Shown piece by piece: positions 1-8,399 of a stretch of DNA of 61,489 nucleotides; the first letter of the stretch is position 1, and the number at the start of each line of letters is the position of its first letter. The notes beneath the pieces are model-generated. The model was given only the letters and a program-made list of their open reading frames with translations, did not search any database and was not told the origin of the DNA. Made by a program: the position numbers and the translations under genes. Source of the DNA: a virus (lineage: Duplodnaviria > Caudoviricetes); IMG/VR virus record IMGVR_UViG_3300025070_000030, positions 1-61,489 of that record, one strand, 5' to 3'.

Positions 1-70
1 TGATTGCGTGTATTTTGTAGTCAATCTCTCCTGAGCCTATGGCAAAGGCCATTACAAGCATCCACTGCAT
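1..70 (-). CDS. Small membrane/secreted protein, truncated by window edge (MQWMLVMAFAIGSGEIDYKIHAI...)
   Basis: ATG overlaps the TAA of 70..273; resembles the N-terminus of 33025..33207. Confidence 0.5.
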   Translation of the reverse strand, partial: MQWMLVMAFAIGSGEIDYKIHAI

Positions 71-273
71 TACTTTTCATGCCCCAGCCAAACGGCAAAA
101 GCGCCTGTCATAGCGCCCGTTACGACGCTAACCAGCGCTGCCTGTTGGCTTGTTGGCTCCGGTATAAGCATGAACCACTCCACTACCCGCCAAGCCGATA
201 TTGACATCATAATCATCATCAAGCGGGGTAGTATCTTCCACTTGAGAAAGCGCTCCATTGTTAACTCTGCCAC
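70..273 (-). CDS. Two-TM holin-like membrane protein (homologue of 14910..15116)
   Basis: Two hydrophobic helices; nearly the same protein sequence as 14910..15116 in the lysis cluster. Confidence 0.7.
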   Translation of the reverse strand: MAELTMERFLKWKILPRLMMIMMSISAWRVVEWFMLIPEPTSQQAALVSVVTGAMTGAFAVWLGHEK

Positions 274-324
274 GGTTTATCCTCGCTTGCTCTTCAGTTG
301 TCCTCTGATGTAAGGCCCACATCT

Positions 325-744
325 TCACTTCAGCCTACCTTGCACAATCTGCACCGCCCTGTCCCAAGTGTCTTGTTCAAAAGACGGCGAATTGGCGTAA
401 CACAGCGGACGCCTTTGGCTGTACTGGCGCACCTGTTCGGCGGCGTAATACGCAACCCTTCGGTCATCCAGAAAACAGTGTGCCACAATGTCTATCTCCT
501 CTGTGTTTGGCAGTGTCTTTTTCTTTGAGCCGCTGCCGTTTTGAAAGTGGTAGTTGGGCCTCCTGCCATCTTTGTCCGCCGATATCTTGCTAGTCTTTAC
601 ACTTACGCGCAAGAAAAACGAACCATCAAAAGCCAGTACGTCTATCCTATCTTGGGGTGTGTGGACTACCTTCCAGTCACCCTCTAGCTGTAGGATTGAT
701 GAACAGACTATAAACTCCCCAGCAAGTCCGGTCTTTGTGGACAA
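325..744 (-). CDS. PD-(D/E)XK-family endonuclease
   Basis: Motif pattern GLAGE...RIDVL...VSVKTS...IDIVA. Confidence 0.6.
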   Translation of the reverse strand: MSTKTGLAGEFIVCSSILQLEGDWKVVHTPQDRIDVLAFDGSFFLRVSVKTSKISADKDGRRPNYHFQNGSGSKKKTLPNTEEIDIVAHCFLDDRRVAYYAAEQVRQYSQRRPLCYANSPSFEQDTWDRAVQIVQGRLK

Positions 745-745
745 T

Positions 746-1207
746 CTACTTCAAGCTCTTCAAGAACGTAACAAGATAAAACAGTAGCGCAGCGCCTGCT
801 ATTACTATCAAAGGCACCACAGTCCACATTATTAGTCTGTCACGCATCTTCGCCCTGTGTTCAAGCTCCTCTTTCTGCAATGCACGTTGCTTAGCTATCT
901 CAGCCTGAAGCCGCTCCCACTGCCCAGGTTTTCCATAAAGGTTAAAGATTGAACGCATCTCTTTGCGCATATTGTCCAGCTCTTCTTTACGGAAGAACTC
1001 GTCGATGCCAGCCTGTTCAGCGCCAGTCATCTTGGAAAAGATGCTGTTCTTTTTTCTGGTAGCGCCGAAGTTCAGCTCGGCCTCTGCCTTAGCATACTTG
1101 GCAATAGGACCGCCAAGAGATGATAGGTCACGGCCTGCCTTGATAGCACTGGATATAGCGCCACTAGCTGCGCTGACTGCACTAAAAGCCGTGATAGGGT
1201 CAATCAT
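746..1207 (-). CDS. Membrane-anchored hypothetical protein, homologue of the N-terminal part of 12931..13626
   Basis: MIDPITAFSA...GRDL start, coiled-coil region and C-terminal TM helix. Confidence 0.75.
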   Translation of the reverse strand: MIDPITAFSAVSAASGAISSAIKAGRDLSSLGGPIAKYAKAEAELNFGATRKKNSIFSKMTGAEQAGIDEFFRKEELDNMRKEMRSIFNLYGKPGQWERLQAEIAKQRALQKEELEHRAKMRDRLIMWTVVPLIVIAGAALLFYLVTFLKSLK

Positions 1208-1389
1208 CAGTACACCTTCATAGTCTTGCTAACGGCTTCGGGGATGCAGTACGCAGTAATCTTCTTGCCTTGGGCGTGTAGCTTCTTTGCAAAGAAAGTA
1301 CACTCCTCAATGTTTCTAAAGCGCATGACCTCTGGCACCCGCTTGGTATCTACAAAAACATACAGCGCAAAAGCAACAATCGTTTCCAC
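1207..1389 (-). CDS. Small two-Cys protein (homologue of 13626..13817)
   Basis: FRNIEEC...ITAYCIP...KVY; stop overlaps the next start. Confidence 0.7.
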   Translation of the reverse strand: METIVAFALYVFVDTKRVPEVMRFRNIEECTFFAKKLHAQGKKITAYCIPEAVSKTMKVY

Positions 1390-1390
1390 A

Positions 1391-1561
1391 TCAGTTGCTC
1401 ATTACCAAATTAAGTAAAAGCACAATCGTCGTGCCAGCAGTGCCAATCATAATATGTTCAATGCGCTTGATGCGTAGGATAGTTTCACGCCACCGCTCCG
1501 CACATACCGCTTCATGAGTGTCGATTTGAGCTTGCACAGATGTTGCTGTAGGCTTTGCCAT
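1391..1561 (-). CDS. Small coiled-coil/TM protein, XhlA-like (56 aa, not in ORF track)
   Basis: Translated by hand: MAKPTATSVQAQIDTHEAVCAERWRETILRIKRIEHIMIGTAGTTIVLLLNLVMSN; HE..CA motif and position shared with 54686..54892. Confidence 0.7.
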   Translation of the reverse strand: MAKPTATSVQAQIDTHEAVCAERWRETILRIKRIEHIMIGTAGTTIVLLLNLVMSN

Positions 1562-1806
1562 TAGCTTGCTGTGTACCCGTTGCCAGCCGTGATAGCAGCG
1601 TTCACTGCTGTCATGTCCTCATCTGTCCAGTAGTCTTTAGCTACCATCAGTTCCAGATGCTCGACGTTGCGGTCTACGCAACCCTGACGTTCTTCTGCAT
1701 CATCGTCTGCCATTGCATTACCTGCAATCACGTCTGTGATGAGTTGCACGGAATGACCCATAGCGGTGTAGTGCTTTGCGATTTGTTCTGCTGTAAGTTC
1801 GTCCAT
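1561..1806 (-). CDS. Small acidic tail-fibre-associated protein (paralogue of 4124..4369)
   Basis: 81 aa, highly similar to 4124..4369; directly follows an S74-type fibre gene. Confidence 0.75.
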   Translation of the reverse strand: MDELTAEQIAKHYTAMGHSVQLITDVIAGNAMADDDAEERQGCVDRNVEHLELMVAKDYWTDEDMTAVNAAITAGNGYTAS

Positions 1807-2373
1807 TTTAATCTCCTAATCTGGATTCTAACTCAGCCACCTTTGCTGAGAGTTCTTTGATTGAATTGAGCATGTGCCAAAACAATTCATCGCTATCCAC
1901 AGTCTTAACGCCTGTGCTTTCAGTCTTTACGCATCTGGGTGCAACTGCTTCTAGTTCTTGCGCGATGACGCCAAGCTGTGTTCCTGAACGCTCTATTGCG
2001 TCAGATGCTTGAAGTTCTGTAATTTCATCTGCTGTTCGATACTCAAAGTTACGAACCTGCACTTGGTTGATAATCGACAGCCCGTCATTGTTATCAACAA
2101 TGTTTTTCTTCAGTCGTTCATCTGATGTGGTTGACCAAGACGATGAGTTGTTACCTTGATACACGCCACCACCACTAGGGCTGATAAAGCCTGTGGAGTT
2201 GCCTTTACCAACAATGTTAGCAGTACCAATAACAATTTGGTTTTGACCGTCAACACCACTTGGCTCACAGTCGATGCCCATAATTATGTTGTAATCGCCT
2301 GTCGTAATAGATTCTCCAGCAAGATAGCCTACTAAAACATTGTGACCACCATCAGTAATAGAATTACCAGCAT
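1590..2373. repeat. Imperfect direct repeat of about 4153..4936 (fibre C-terminus plus small gene)
   Basis: Offset 2563; mostly synonymous differences visible. Confidence 0.85.
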
Positions 2374-4105
2374 TAACGCCTATTGCAGTATTTTGTGCGC
2401 CAGTGGTGCTGTTGTACAGGCTATTCATACCCACAGAGGTGTTATTGTTTCCAGTGGTGTTAGACACCATTGCACCCTGACCGATAGCTGTGTTGTAAGA
2501 CCCAGAAGTGTTGTTTGTTAAAGACTGGTGTCCTACAGAGGAGTTCTGTGCGCCAGTGGTGTTTGCATCTAGCGCAGCACTGCCAACAGCAGTGTTGTAG
2601 GATGCGGTGGTGTTTGCGCCAAGTGCGTTAAGCCCCATCGCTGTGTTGTCAGATGCCGTAGTATTAGCATCCAGAGCCTGATGACCGACAGCCGTATTGT
2701 TAGAACCTGTGGTGTTCGCATATAAAGTTGTTTTACCGCAAGCAGTGTTGTTTGCTCCTGTTGTTGAAAGCATTAATGACGCATCACCGACAGCGGTATT
2801 GTTCGCAGCAGTAGTGTTAGCTGATAAGGCAAGTCTACCGACTGCCACGTTGTTCCCACCAGTGGTGTTCGCGTCTAAAGCATAAGCACCCACCGCCGTA
2901 TTTTCTGCGCCAGTGGTGTTTGCGGTTAGTGCGCCATAACCAACGGCAGTGTTGCCAGAAGCTGTGGTATTCGCCTCTAAGGCTTCTCGCCCGATGCCAG
3001 TGTTAAACTCGCCAGTTGTGTTTGCAGACAGTGCAAGAATACCAAACGCACTGTTATATATTGCTGTTGTGTTTGCATCTAGTGCTTGGTAGCCAACAGC
3101 AGTAACTAGCCCCGTGGTGTTTGCTGTACCAGCCTGATATCCTACTGCTGTGCTTCCTGCGCCAGTGGTGTTTACGGCGAGTGCCTGATGACCCACAGCA
3201 GTATTGTTGCTTGCCGTTGTAGCAGTGGTGCCTTTCAGTGCTTGATAACCTACAGAAGTGTTGCTTGTGCCAGTTGTGGTGTAGTATCCCGCCTCATAGC
3301 CAAAGCCAGTGTTAACGCCAGTAGTTGTGCTATTTAGGGCAGTGTGACCCATAGCTGTGTTACCGTTGGCTGTTGTAATTGCACCACCCGCATTTGTACC
3401 AACGAGATTATTATAACTACCTGTCGTAATAGCATCACCAGCTAATGTTCCAATAGCGGAGTTTTGCACTCCAGTCGTAGCTGTGAACAATGCGTTCTGA
3501 CCTACGGCAACATTCAACCCGCCTGTGGTAAGGTTCGTTCCAGCAAAAGAACCGATGGCAGTATTCTGTCCAGCAGAAGTATTATCTGTCAAAGCAGAGG
3601 CACCTACAGCAGTATTGTTGCTCCCGGAAAGAGAACCATCATCAAGTGCAGTGTCACCCAATGCCACGTTGTTTGAGCCTGTTGGGTAGTTACCGTCTAG
3701 CTTGATTGTACCGCCGTCTGTAGAAAAGTTACCAGCGTTGGTGATGCCATCTGTCGTGGCTTCGCCGTCAATGTCTATAGTGCCAGTGACAGTCAGATTA
3801 CCACCCACACTGAAGTCGCTGTTCACATTACCACTGAACACACTAAACACGTCATACACTACAATCTCAACTACATCGCTTGCAGTCAATGCCGACAAGC
3901 CAGCAATGGTGTTCGCTGTGCTTGTGTTGTAGTCCGTACCAGCTACTAGGGTCACACCATTCAAGTTCACGTCAACATAGTTGCCGTCAGTGAATGTCAG
4001 GGTGCCACCTGTCAGCGCACCGCTGATTGATGTCTCACCGCCTGATGCAGTGAAGTAGTAACGATTACGTACACCCTGTGATGGTGATTTGCCTAAGTAA
4101 GCCAT
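1808..4105 (-). CDS. Tail fibre variant A: 14-aa repeats plus C-terminal peptidase S74 intramolecular chaperone
   Basis: NTAVG..AL.ANTT repeats; SDERLKKNI chaperone motif; terminal coiled coil. Confidence 0.85.
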   Translation of the reverse strand: MAYLGKSPSQGVRNRYYFTASGGETSISGALTGGTLTFTDGNYVDVNLNGVTLVAGTDYNTSTANTIAGLSALTASDVVEIVVYDVFSVFSGNVNSDFSVGGNLTVTGTIDIDGEATTDGITNAGNFSTDGGTIKLDGNYPTGSNNVALGDTALDDGSLSGSNNTAVGASALTDNTSAGQNTAIGSFAGTNLTTGGLNVAVGQNALFTATTGVQNSAIGTLAGDAITTGSYNNLVGTNAGGAITTANGNTAMGHTALNSTTTGVNTGFGYEAGYYTTTGTSNTSVGYQALKGTTATTASNNTAVGHQALAVNTTGAGSTAVGYQAGTANTTGLVTAVGYQALDANTTAIYNSAFGILALSANTTGEFNTGIGREALEANTTASGNTAVGYGALTANTTGAENTAVGAYALDANTTGGNNVAVGRLALSANTTAANNTAVGDASLMLSTTGANNTACGKTTLYANTTGSNNTAVGHQALDANTTASDNTAMGLNALGANTTASYNTAVGSAALDANTTGAQNSSVGHQSLTNNTSGSYNTAIGQGAMVSNTTGNNNTSVGMNSLYNSTTGAQNTAIGVNAGNSITDGGHNVLVGYLAGESITTGDYNIIMGIDCEPSGVDGQNQIVIGTANIVGKGNSTGFISPSGGGVYQGNNSSSWSTTSDERLKKNIVDNNDGLSIINQVQVRNFEYRTADEITELQASDAIERSGTQLGVIAQELEAVAPRCVKTESTGVKTVDSDELFWHMLNSIKELSAKVAELESRLGD

Positions 4106-4123
4106 TAACGGTTCTCCGGTTTA

Positions 4124-4369
4124 TTATTCGGCAGTGTAGTCTTGACCTGCTGTGATTGCAGCGTTGACTGCTGTCATGTTCTCATCTGTCCAGTAGTCTT
4201 TAGCTACCATCAGTTGCAGATGCTCAACATTGCGGTCTACGCAACCCTGACGCTCCTCTGCATCATCGTCTGCCATTGCATCACCTGCAATAACGTCTGT
4301 GATGAGTTGCACGGAATGACCCATAGCGGTGTAATTCTGTGCGATTTGTTCTGTTGTAAGTTCGTCCAT
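4124..4369 (-). CDS. Small acidic tail-fibre-associated protein
   Basis: 81 aa, GGAG RBS, between two fibre genes. Confidence 0.75.
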   Translation of the reverse strand: MDELTTEQIAQNYTAMGHSVQLITDVIAGDAMADDDAEERQGCVDRNVEHLQLMVAKDYWTDENMTAVNAAITAGQDYTAE

Positions 4370-4370
4370 T

Positions 4371-6455
4371 TTAATCTCCTAATTTGGATTCTAACTCAGC
4401 TACTTTTGCTGAGAGTTCTTTGATTGAATTGAGCATGTGCCAAAACAATTCATCGCTATCCACAGTCTTAACGCCTGTGCTTTCTGTCTTTACGCATCTG
4501 GGTGCAACTGTTTCTAGTTCTTGTGCGATGACGCCAAGCTGCGTTCCTGAACGCTCTATTGCGTCAGATGCTTGAAGTTCTGTAATTTCATCTGCTGTGC
4601 GGTACTCAAAGTTACGAACCTGCACTTGGTTGATAATCGACAGCCCTTCATTGTTATCGACAATGTTTTTCTTTAGTCGCTCATCCGATGTAGTTGACCA
4701 AGACGATGAGTTGTTACCTTGATATACGCCGCCGCCACTAGGGCTGATAAAACCTGTGGCGTTGCCTTTACCTACAATGTTTGCAGTGCCGATAACAATT
4801 TGATTTTGACCATCAGCACTACTAGGCTCACAGTCAATCCCCATAATCATGTTGTAATCGCCTGTCGTAAGAGATTCGCCAGCAAAGTAACCTAACAAAA
4901 CATTGTGAGAGCCATCTGTAATAGAGTTACCAGCATTTTGTCCTATTACCGTATTTTGACCTCCAGTCGTACATACTTCTAATGATGCGTGACCAACAGA
5001 AACATTATTATTAGCCGTTGATAAAAGAAATGAACTTGCTTTGCCAATTGCTGTATTATTTGCACCCGTTGTAAGGCTAATCATAGCCGCGTCACCAATC
5101 GCCGTATTGTTAGATGGCGTGGTCAGTGAGCCTAGAGCATGTCTACCCACAGCAACATTGTTGGTTCCAACAGTGCAAGCGTCCAAAGCCGCAAAGCCAA
5201 CTGCCACATTTTCTGCGCCTGTGGTGTTTTCTGTCAGCGCGGCAACACCTACAGCAGTATTACTTGAACCCGTTGTATTTTTCTGTAACGCCCCACCATT
5301 TGTTTCATCATTGCCCCCGACAGCTACGTTTGAGTTGCCTGTGGTGTTTTCGCGTAAAGCATAAGAGCCAATCGCTGTAACGTGACCCGTTGTATTTGCC
5401 GACCCAGCCTGATAGCCAATTGCGGTATTGCGTGAGGCAGTGGTGTTTGCATCTAAGGCAAATGCACCAACAGATGTGTTCTGATTGCCAGTGGTGTTTG
5501 CAACTAATACTTGATACCCTAAAGCAGTGTTATTGCTTGCGGTAGTATTTGCCGCTAATGCCCCTTGACCTGCCGCTAAATTATTATTTCCTGTTGTGTT
5601 CGCAGTTAGTGCGCTTTCCCCCAATCCTGTGTTTCTGCTGCCCGTTGTATTTGTATCAACTGCACTTTTTCCTAACGCAACATTGCTTGTGCCAGTGGTG
5701 TTTTCGGCTAGAGAGTTATACCCAACAGCCGTATTGTTAGATGCGGTGGTGTTTTGTTTTAGCGCAAAGGAACCCAATCCCACATTCTGTGCGCCTGTAG
5801 TAGTAACGTACAGAGAACGATACCCCATACCTACATTGTTTCCATCACCAGTAGTAGTCGTGGTGAGTGCGTCTTTACCAACCGCTGTGTTGTTTGACGC
5901 TGTTGTATTATTGCCTAAAGCACTATGACCCATTGCAATGTTGTTACTGCCTGTCGTGTTTGATTGCAAGGCGTATGGGCCAACAGCAGCGTTGCTTGTG
6001 CCAGTGGTGTTTGCGGTCAGTGCATCATAACCAACAGCCGTATTGTTATTTGCTGTTGTATTGCTATCAAGCGCACCGTATCCACAGGCAGTGTTGTTCG
6101 CTCCCGTGGTTGTGGACTCTAAAGTTAAAGAACCAACACCCGTGTTTGAAAAGCCTGTTGTAAGAGATGTCAGAGAGTTGTAACCAACAGCTACATTAAA
6201 ATCGTTTCCGCTATCTGTAACATTATAGGTAGTCATAGCGTTTGCACCGATGGCAGTGTTTCTGCCGCCAGTGGTATTACTGTCTAATGCAGTATCTCCT
6301 AGTGCAACATTCTGTGTGCCAACAGGGTGATTGCCGTCCAGCTTAACCGTGCCGCTATCCTGCGAGATGTTACCGCCAATAGTTATATTGTCTACAGTAA
6401 CGGTGCCACTGAAGTCCTTATCGGCTGCATCTGCTAAGTCTCTTGCTCTAGTCAT
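4371..6455 (-). CDS. Tail fibre with 14-aa repeats and peptidase S74 chaperone
   Basis: MTRARDLAD start, NTAVG repeats, SDERLKKNI motif. Confidence 0.85.
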   Translation of the reverse strand: MTRARDLADAADKDFSGTVTVDNITIGGNISQDSGTVKLDGNHPVGTQNVALGDTALDSNTTGGRNTAIGANAMTTYNVTDSGNDFNVAVGYNSLTSLTTGFSNTGVGSLTLESTTTGANNTACGYGALDSNTTANNNTAVGYDALTANTTGTSNAAVGPYALQSNTTGSNNIAMGHSALGNNTTASNNTAVGKDALTTTTTGDGNNVGMGYRSLYVTTTGAQNVGLGSFALKQNTTASNNTAVGYNSLAENTTGTSNVALGKSAVDTNTTGSRNTGLGESALTANTTGNNNLAAGQGALAANTTASNNTALGYQVLVANTTGNQNTSVGAFALDANTTASRNTAIGYQAGSANTTGHVTAIGSYALRENTTGNSNVAVGGNDETNGGALQKNTTGSSNTAVGVAALTENTTGAENVAVGFAALDACTVGTNNVAVGRHALGSLTTPSNNTAIGDAAMISLTTGANNTAIGKASSFLLSTANNNVSVGHASLEVCTTGGQNTVIGQNAGNSITDGSHNVLLGYFAGESLTTGDYNMIMGIDCEPSSADGQNQIVIGTANIVGKGNATGFISPSGGGVYQGNNSSSWSTTSDERLKKNIVDNNEGLSIINQVQVRNFEYRTADEITELQASDAIERSGTQLGVIAQELETVAPRCVKTESTGVKTVDSDELFWHMLNSIKELSAKVAELESKLGD

Positions 6456-8011
6456 TCTCCGGCCTCCAACGTGGCTATACGAATTTCGAGTTCCTGAATG
6501 GTTGCCACAAGCAACGGAACCAGCTTCGATTGGTCGATGCCCTGATAGTCCGGCACAGAGCGCGTACCCATTTCTGCGGGTGTTACCTCATTGCCATCAT
6601 CGTCAAGAACCGCTGGTGTGACTTCGTATTGCTCTTCACACATAGCGTCTTTAGTTCCACTGACACTCTCCGGCACAACGGCCTGTGCCTCATGCGCTAA
6701 AAACCCGTCAACCGTTGTGTCTGCGTCAGAAATGAAGTTGAAGCGCACAGGATTGAGTTGTTTCAGCCTGTCGGTTGCGTTGGTGAGTGGCGTAACCGCT
6801 TCCTTTAGGCGATAGTCTGAGGATGTATTGTAGGCTGTTGAAGCGCCGTTGGTCTGTATTGACCCGACATTTGCGCCATTGCGTCTAAAGATGACTTGGG
6901 TATGTGTGTTTCCACTCGTGTCTGTGCTGTTCATCATCAGACCCGGACCATTATTTGAATTGTATTGGTGCGAAATATCCTCGCCTTGAATTGCACTGGT
7001 CGTGCCTTTACACATGCGCCCATCACTTTGGATGCGGAGGCGCTCCGTATTGCCAGTGCCGAATATAATTCTACCACTTTCACAATTATTCAGAATTGCA
7101 TCAGTGCCAATCAGCGCAAACTGTGCGCCACGATTAGAACCACTGGCTGGGTCTGAAAGTTTTAAATACGCGCCACTATCATCGTGGATATGTAGCACCC
7201 GTGAAGCACCAGCTACACTTACCCCAGCCAGTGAAGAGTCAATGGTTGGGTCATTCGTACCCATACCAATGCCCTTTGTTGCGCCTTCAACAACAAAAGA
7301 GTTGGCATCGCCAAGAGACTCAACACGGAAGTCTAGGTCTAATGAACTTTCGTTAAATACAGTTTCAGTAGCACCAAACTTAACGCTTTGCTCAACACTA
7401 CCGCCTTTTATCGTGCTTATATTTAGTGAGGAAGATTCATTGCCGTGAGCATTGTTGGTAATTATACTTTGAATATTTGCATATTGCTGGTCGTTGCCAG
7501 CGCCATCTTCACCGTGAAACAAAAGTTGACCTATTAGGTCGTTATCAGCAGGAGATGCACTGTTTCTGTAAAACTTTAATACTGGACCTTGAGTTGCATC
7601 CGCATCTGTAGACACAAGTGTGAGTTGCGGGTCGTTGTCGGCAGTGGTGATTGTGCAGCCGTCAGTTGCGGTGAACCCGCCCGTCACAGAAACACCAGAT
7701 GAGGTGGTTTCTAACTTTGGCACGTTGTTGAAGTTCAACTCAACTTTACCGTCCGACACACACTGTATCATTGTCTCGCCAGTGTACTTTTGAAGCGAAA
7801 TGTTATTGCCCCTGATTAGAAACGTGCCGTTAGCATATGTCTCATCAATATAGGCGTTTGTACCATCGTGGTACATTTCAAGTTTTCCAGAAGAAAAAGA
7901 AACCTTGTCACTGTCGCCAAAGTTAGCGTTGCCGTTGAACTCAGCATCACCAGTAACAGTCAGTTCGTCTGCCGTGTTAAATCTTGATATACCTGCGCCG
8001 ATATAACCCAT
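6452..8011 (-). CDS. Tail fibre with peptidase S74 chaperone
   Basis: GIGMGTNDP and TERLRI fibre motifs; SDYRLKE...GFLAHE...IDQSKLVPLL. Confidence 0.85.
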   Translation of the reverse strand: MGYIGAGISRFNTADELTVTGDAEFNGNANFGDSDKVSFSSGKLEMYHDGTNAYIDETYANGTFLIRGNNISLQKYTGETMIQCVSDGKVELNFNNVPKLETTSSGVSVTGGFTATDGCTITTADNDPQLTLVSTDADATQGPVLKFYRNSASPADNDLIGQLLFHGEDGAGNDQQYANIQSIITNNAHGNESSSLNISTIKGGSVEQSVKFGATETVFNESSLDLDFRVESLGDANSFVVEGATKGIGMGTNDPTIDSSLAGVSVAGASRVLHIHDDSGAYLKLSDPASGSNRGAQFALIGTDAILNNCESGRIIFGTGNTERLRIQSDGRMCKGTTSAIQGEDISHQYNSNNGPGLMMNSTDTSGNTHTQVIFRRNGANVGSIQTNGASTAYNTSSDYRLKEAVTPLTNATDRLKQLNPVRFNFISDADTTVDGFLAHEAQAVVPESVSGTKDAMCEEQYEVTPAVLDDDGNEVTPAEMGTRSVPDYQGIDQSKLVPLLVATIQELEIRIATLEAGE

Positions 8012-8020
8012 GATTATTCC

Positions 8021-8350
8021 TTACGTAATTTCAAGAATAGACAAAGCAACGTCTGCGCTAGATGCGACATTTGACGTAACTTTCAAGACATCACTTGCGT
8101 TCATAACTACTTTCTGTTCACCGCCCACAACAACAAGGCTGCTACCCACAGGAATAGGTGCATCCTTTACAATGTAGATATTGTCACCGTCATTGTTCTC
8201 AAGCTGTACATCTACCTCAATCTGTGAGGTGTGAATGTTTGCAATCGACATGCCAATGATTGTTGTTTCGGTAGAACCAGCACCAGTATGAACCGTGGCA
8301 GCGGAAGTGCCTACTCCAGTGTCTGTCACCAGTTTAAATGAGTTTGCCAT
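8021..8350 (-). CDS. Small beta-rich virion/tail protein
   Basis: First gene behind a consensus promoter; MANSFK...SILEIT; similar style to 12301..12660. Confidence 0.65.
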   Translation of the reverse strand: MANSFKLVTDTGVGTSAATVHTGAGSTETTIIGMSIANIHTSQIEVDVQLENNDGDNIYIVKDAPIPVGSSLVVVGGEQKVVMNASDVLKVTSNVASSADVALSILEIT

Positions 8351-8370
8351 TGGTATCCCTCTTCGGATAT

Positions 8371-8399
8371 ATTATAGATTGTTTTGCGTAGTTTGTCAA
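8371..8399 (-). promoter_or_regulatory. Perfect sigma70 promoter for the fibre cassette
   Basis: TTGACA-17 nt-TATAAT on the minus strand. Confidence 0.85.

Larger units (their letters stand above)
3834..8351. repeat. 4.5-kb direct repeat, copy 1 (copy 2 is 56972..61489)
   Basis: Identical ORF translations at offset 53138; last visible mismatch at 3833/56971. Confidence 0.95.

Noticed and set aside
1808-6455. Diversity-generating retroelement acting on the fibre genes
   Set aside because: No reverse transcriptase seen; repeat differences are mostly synonymous and not adenine-specific.
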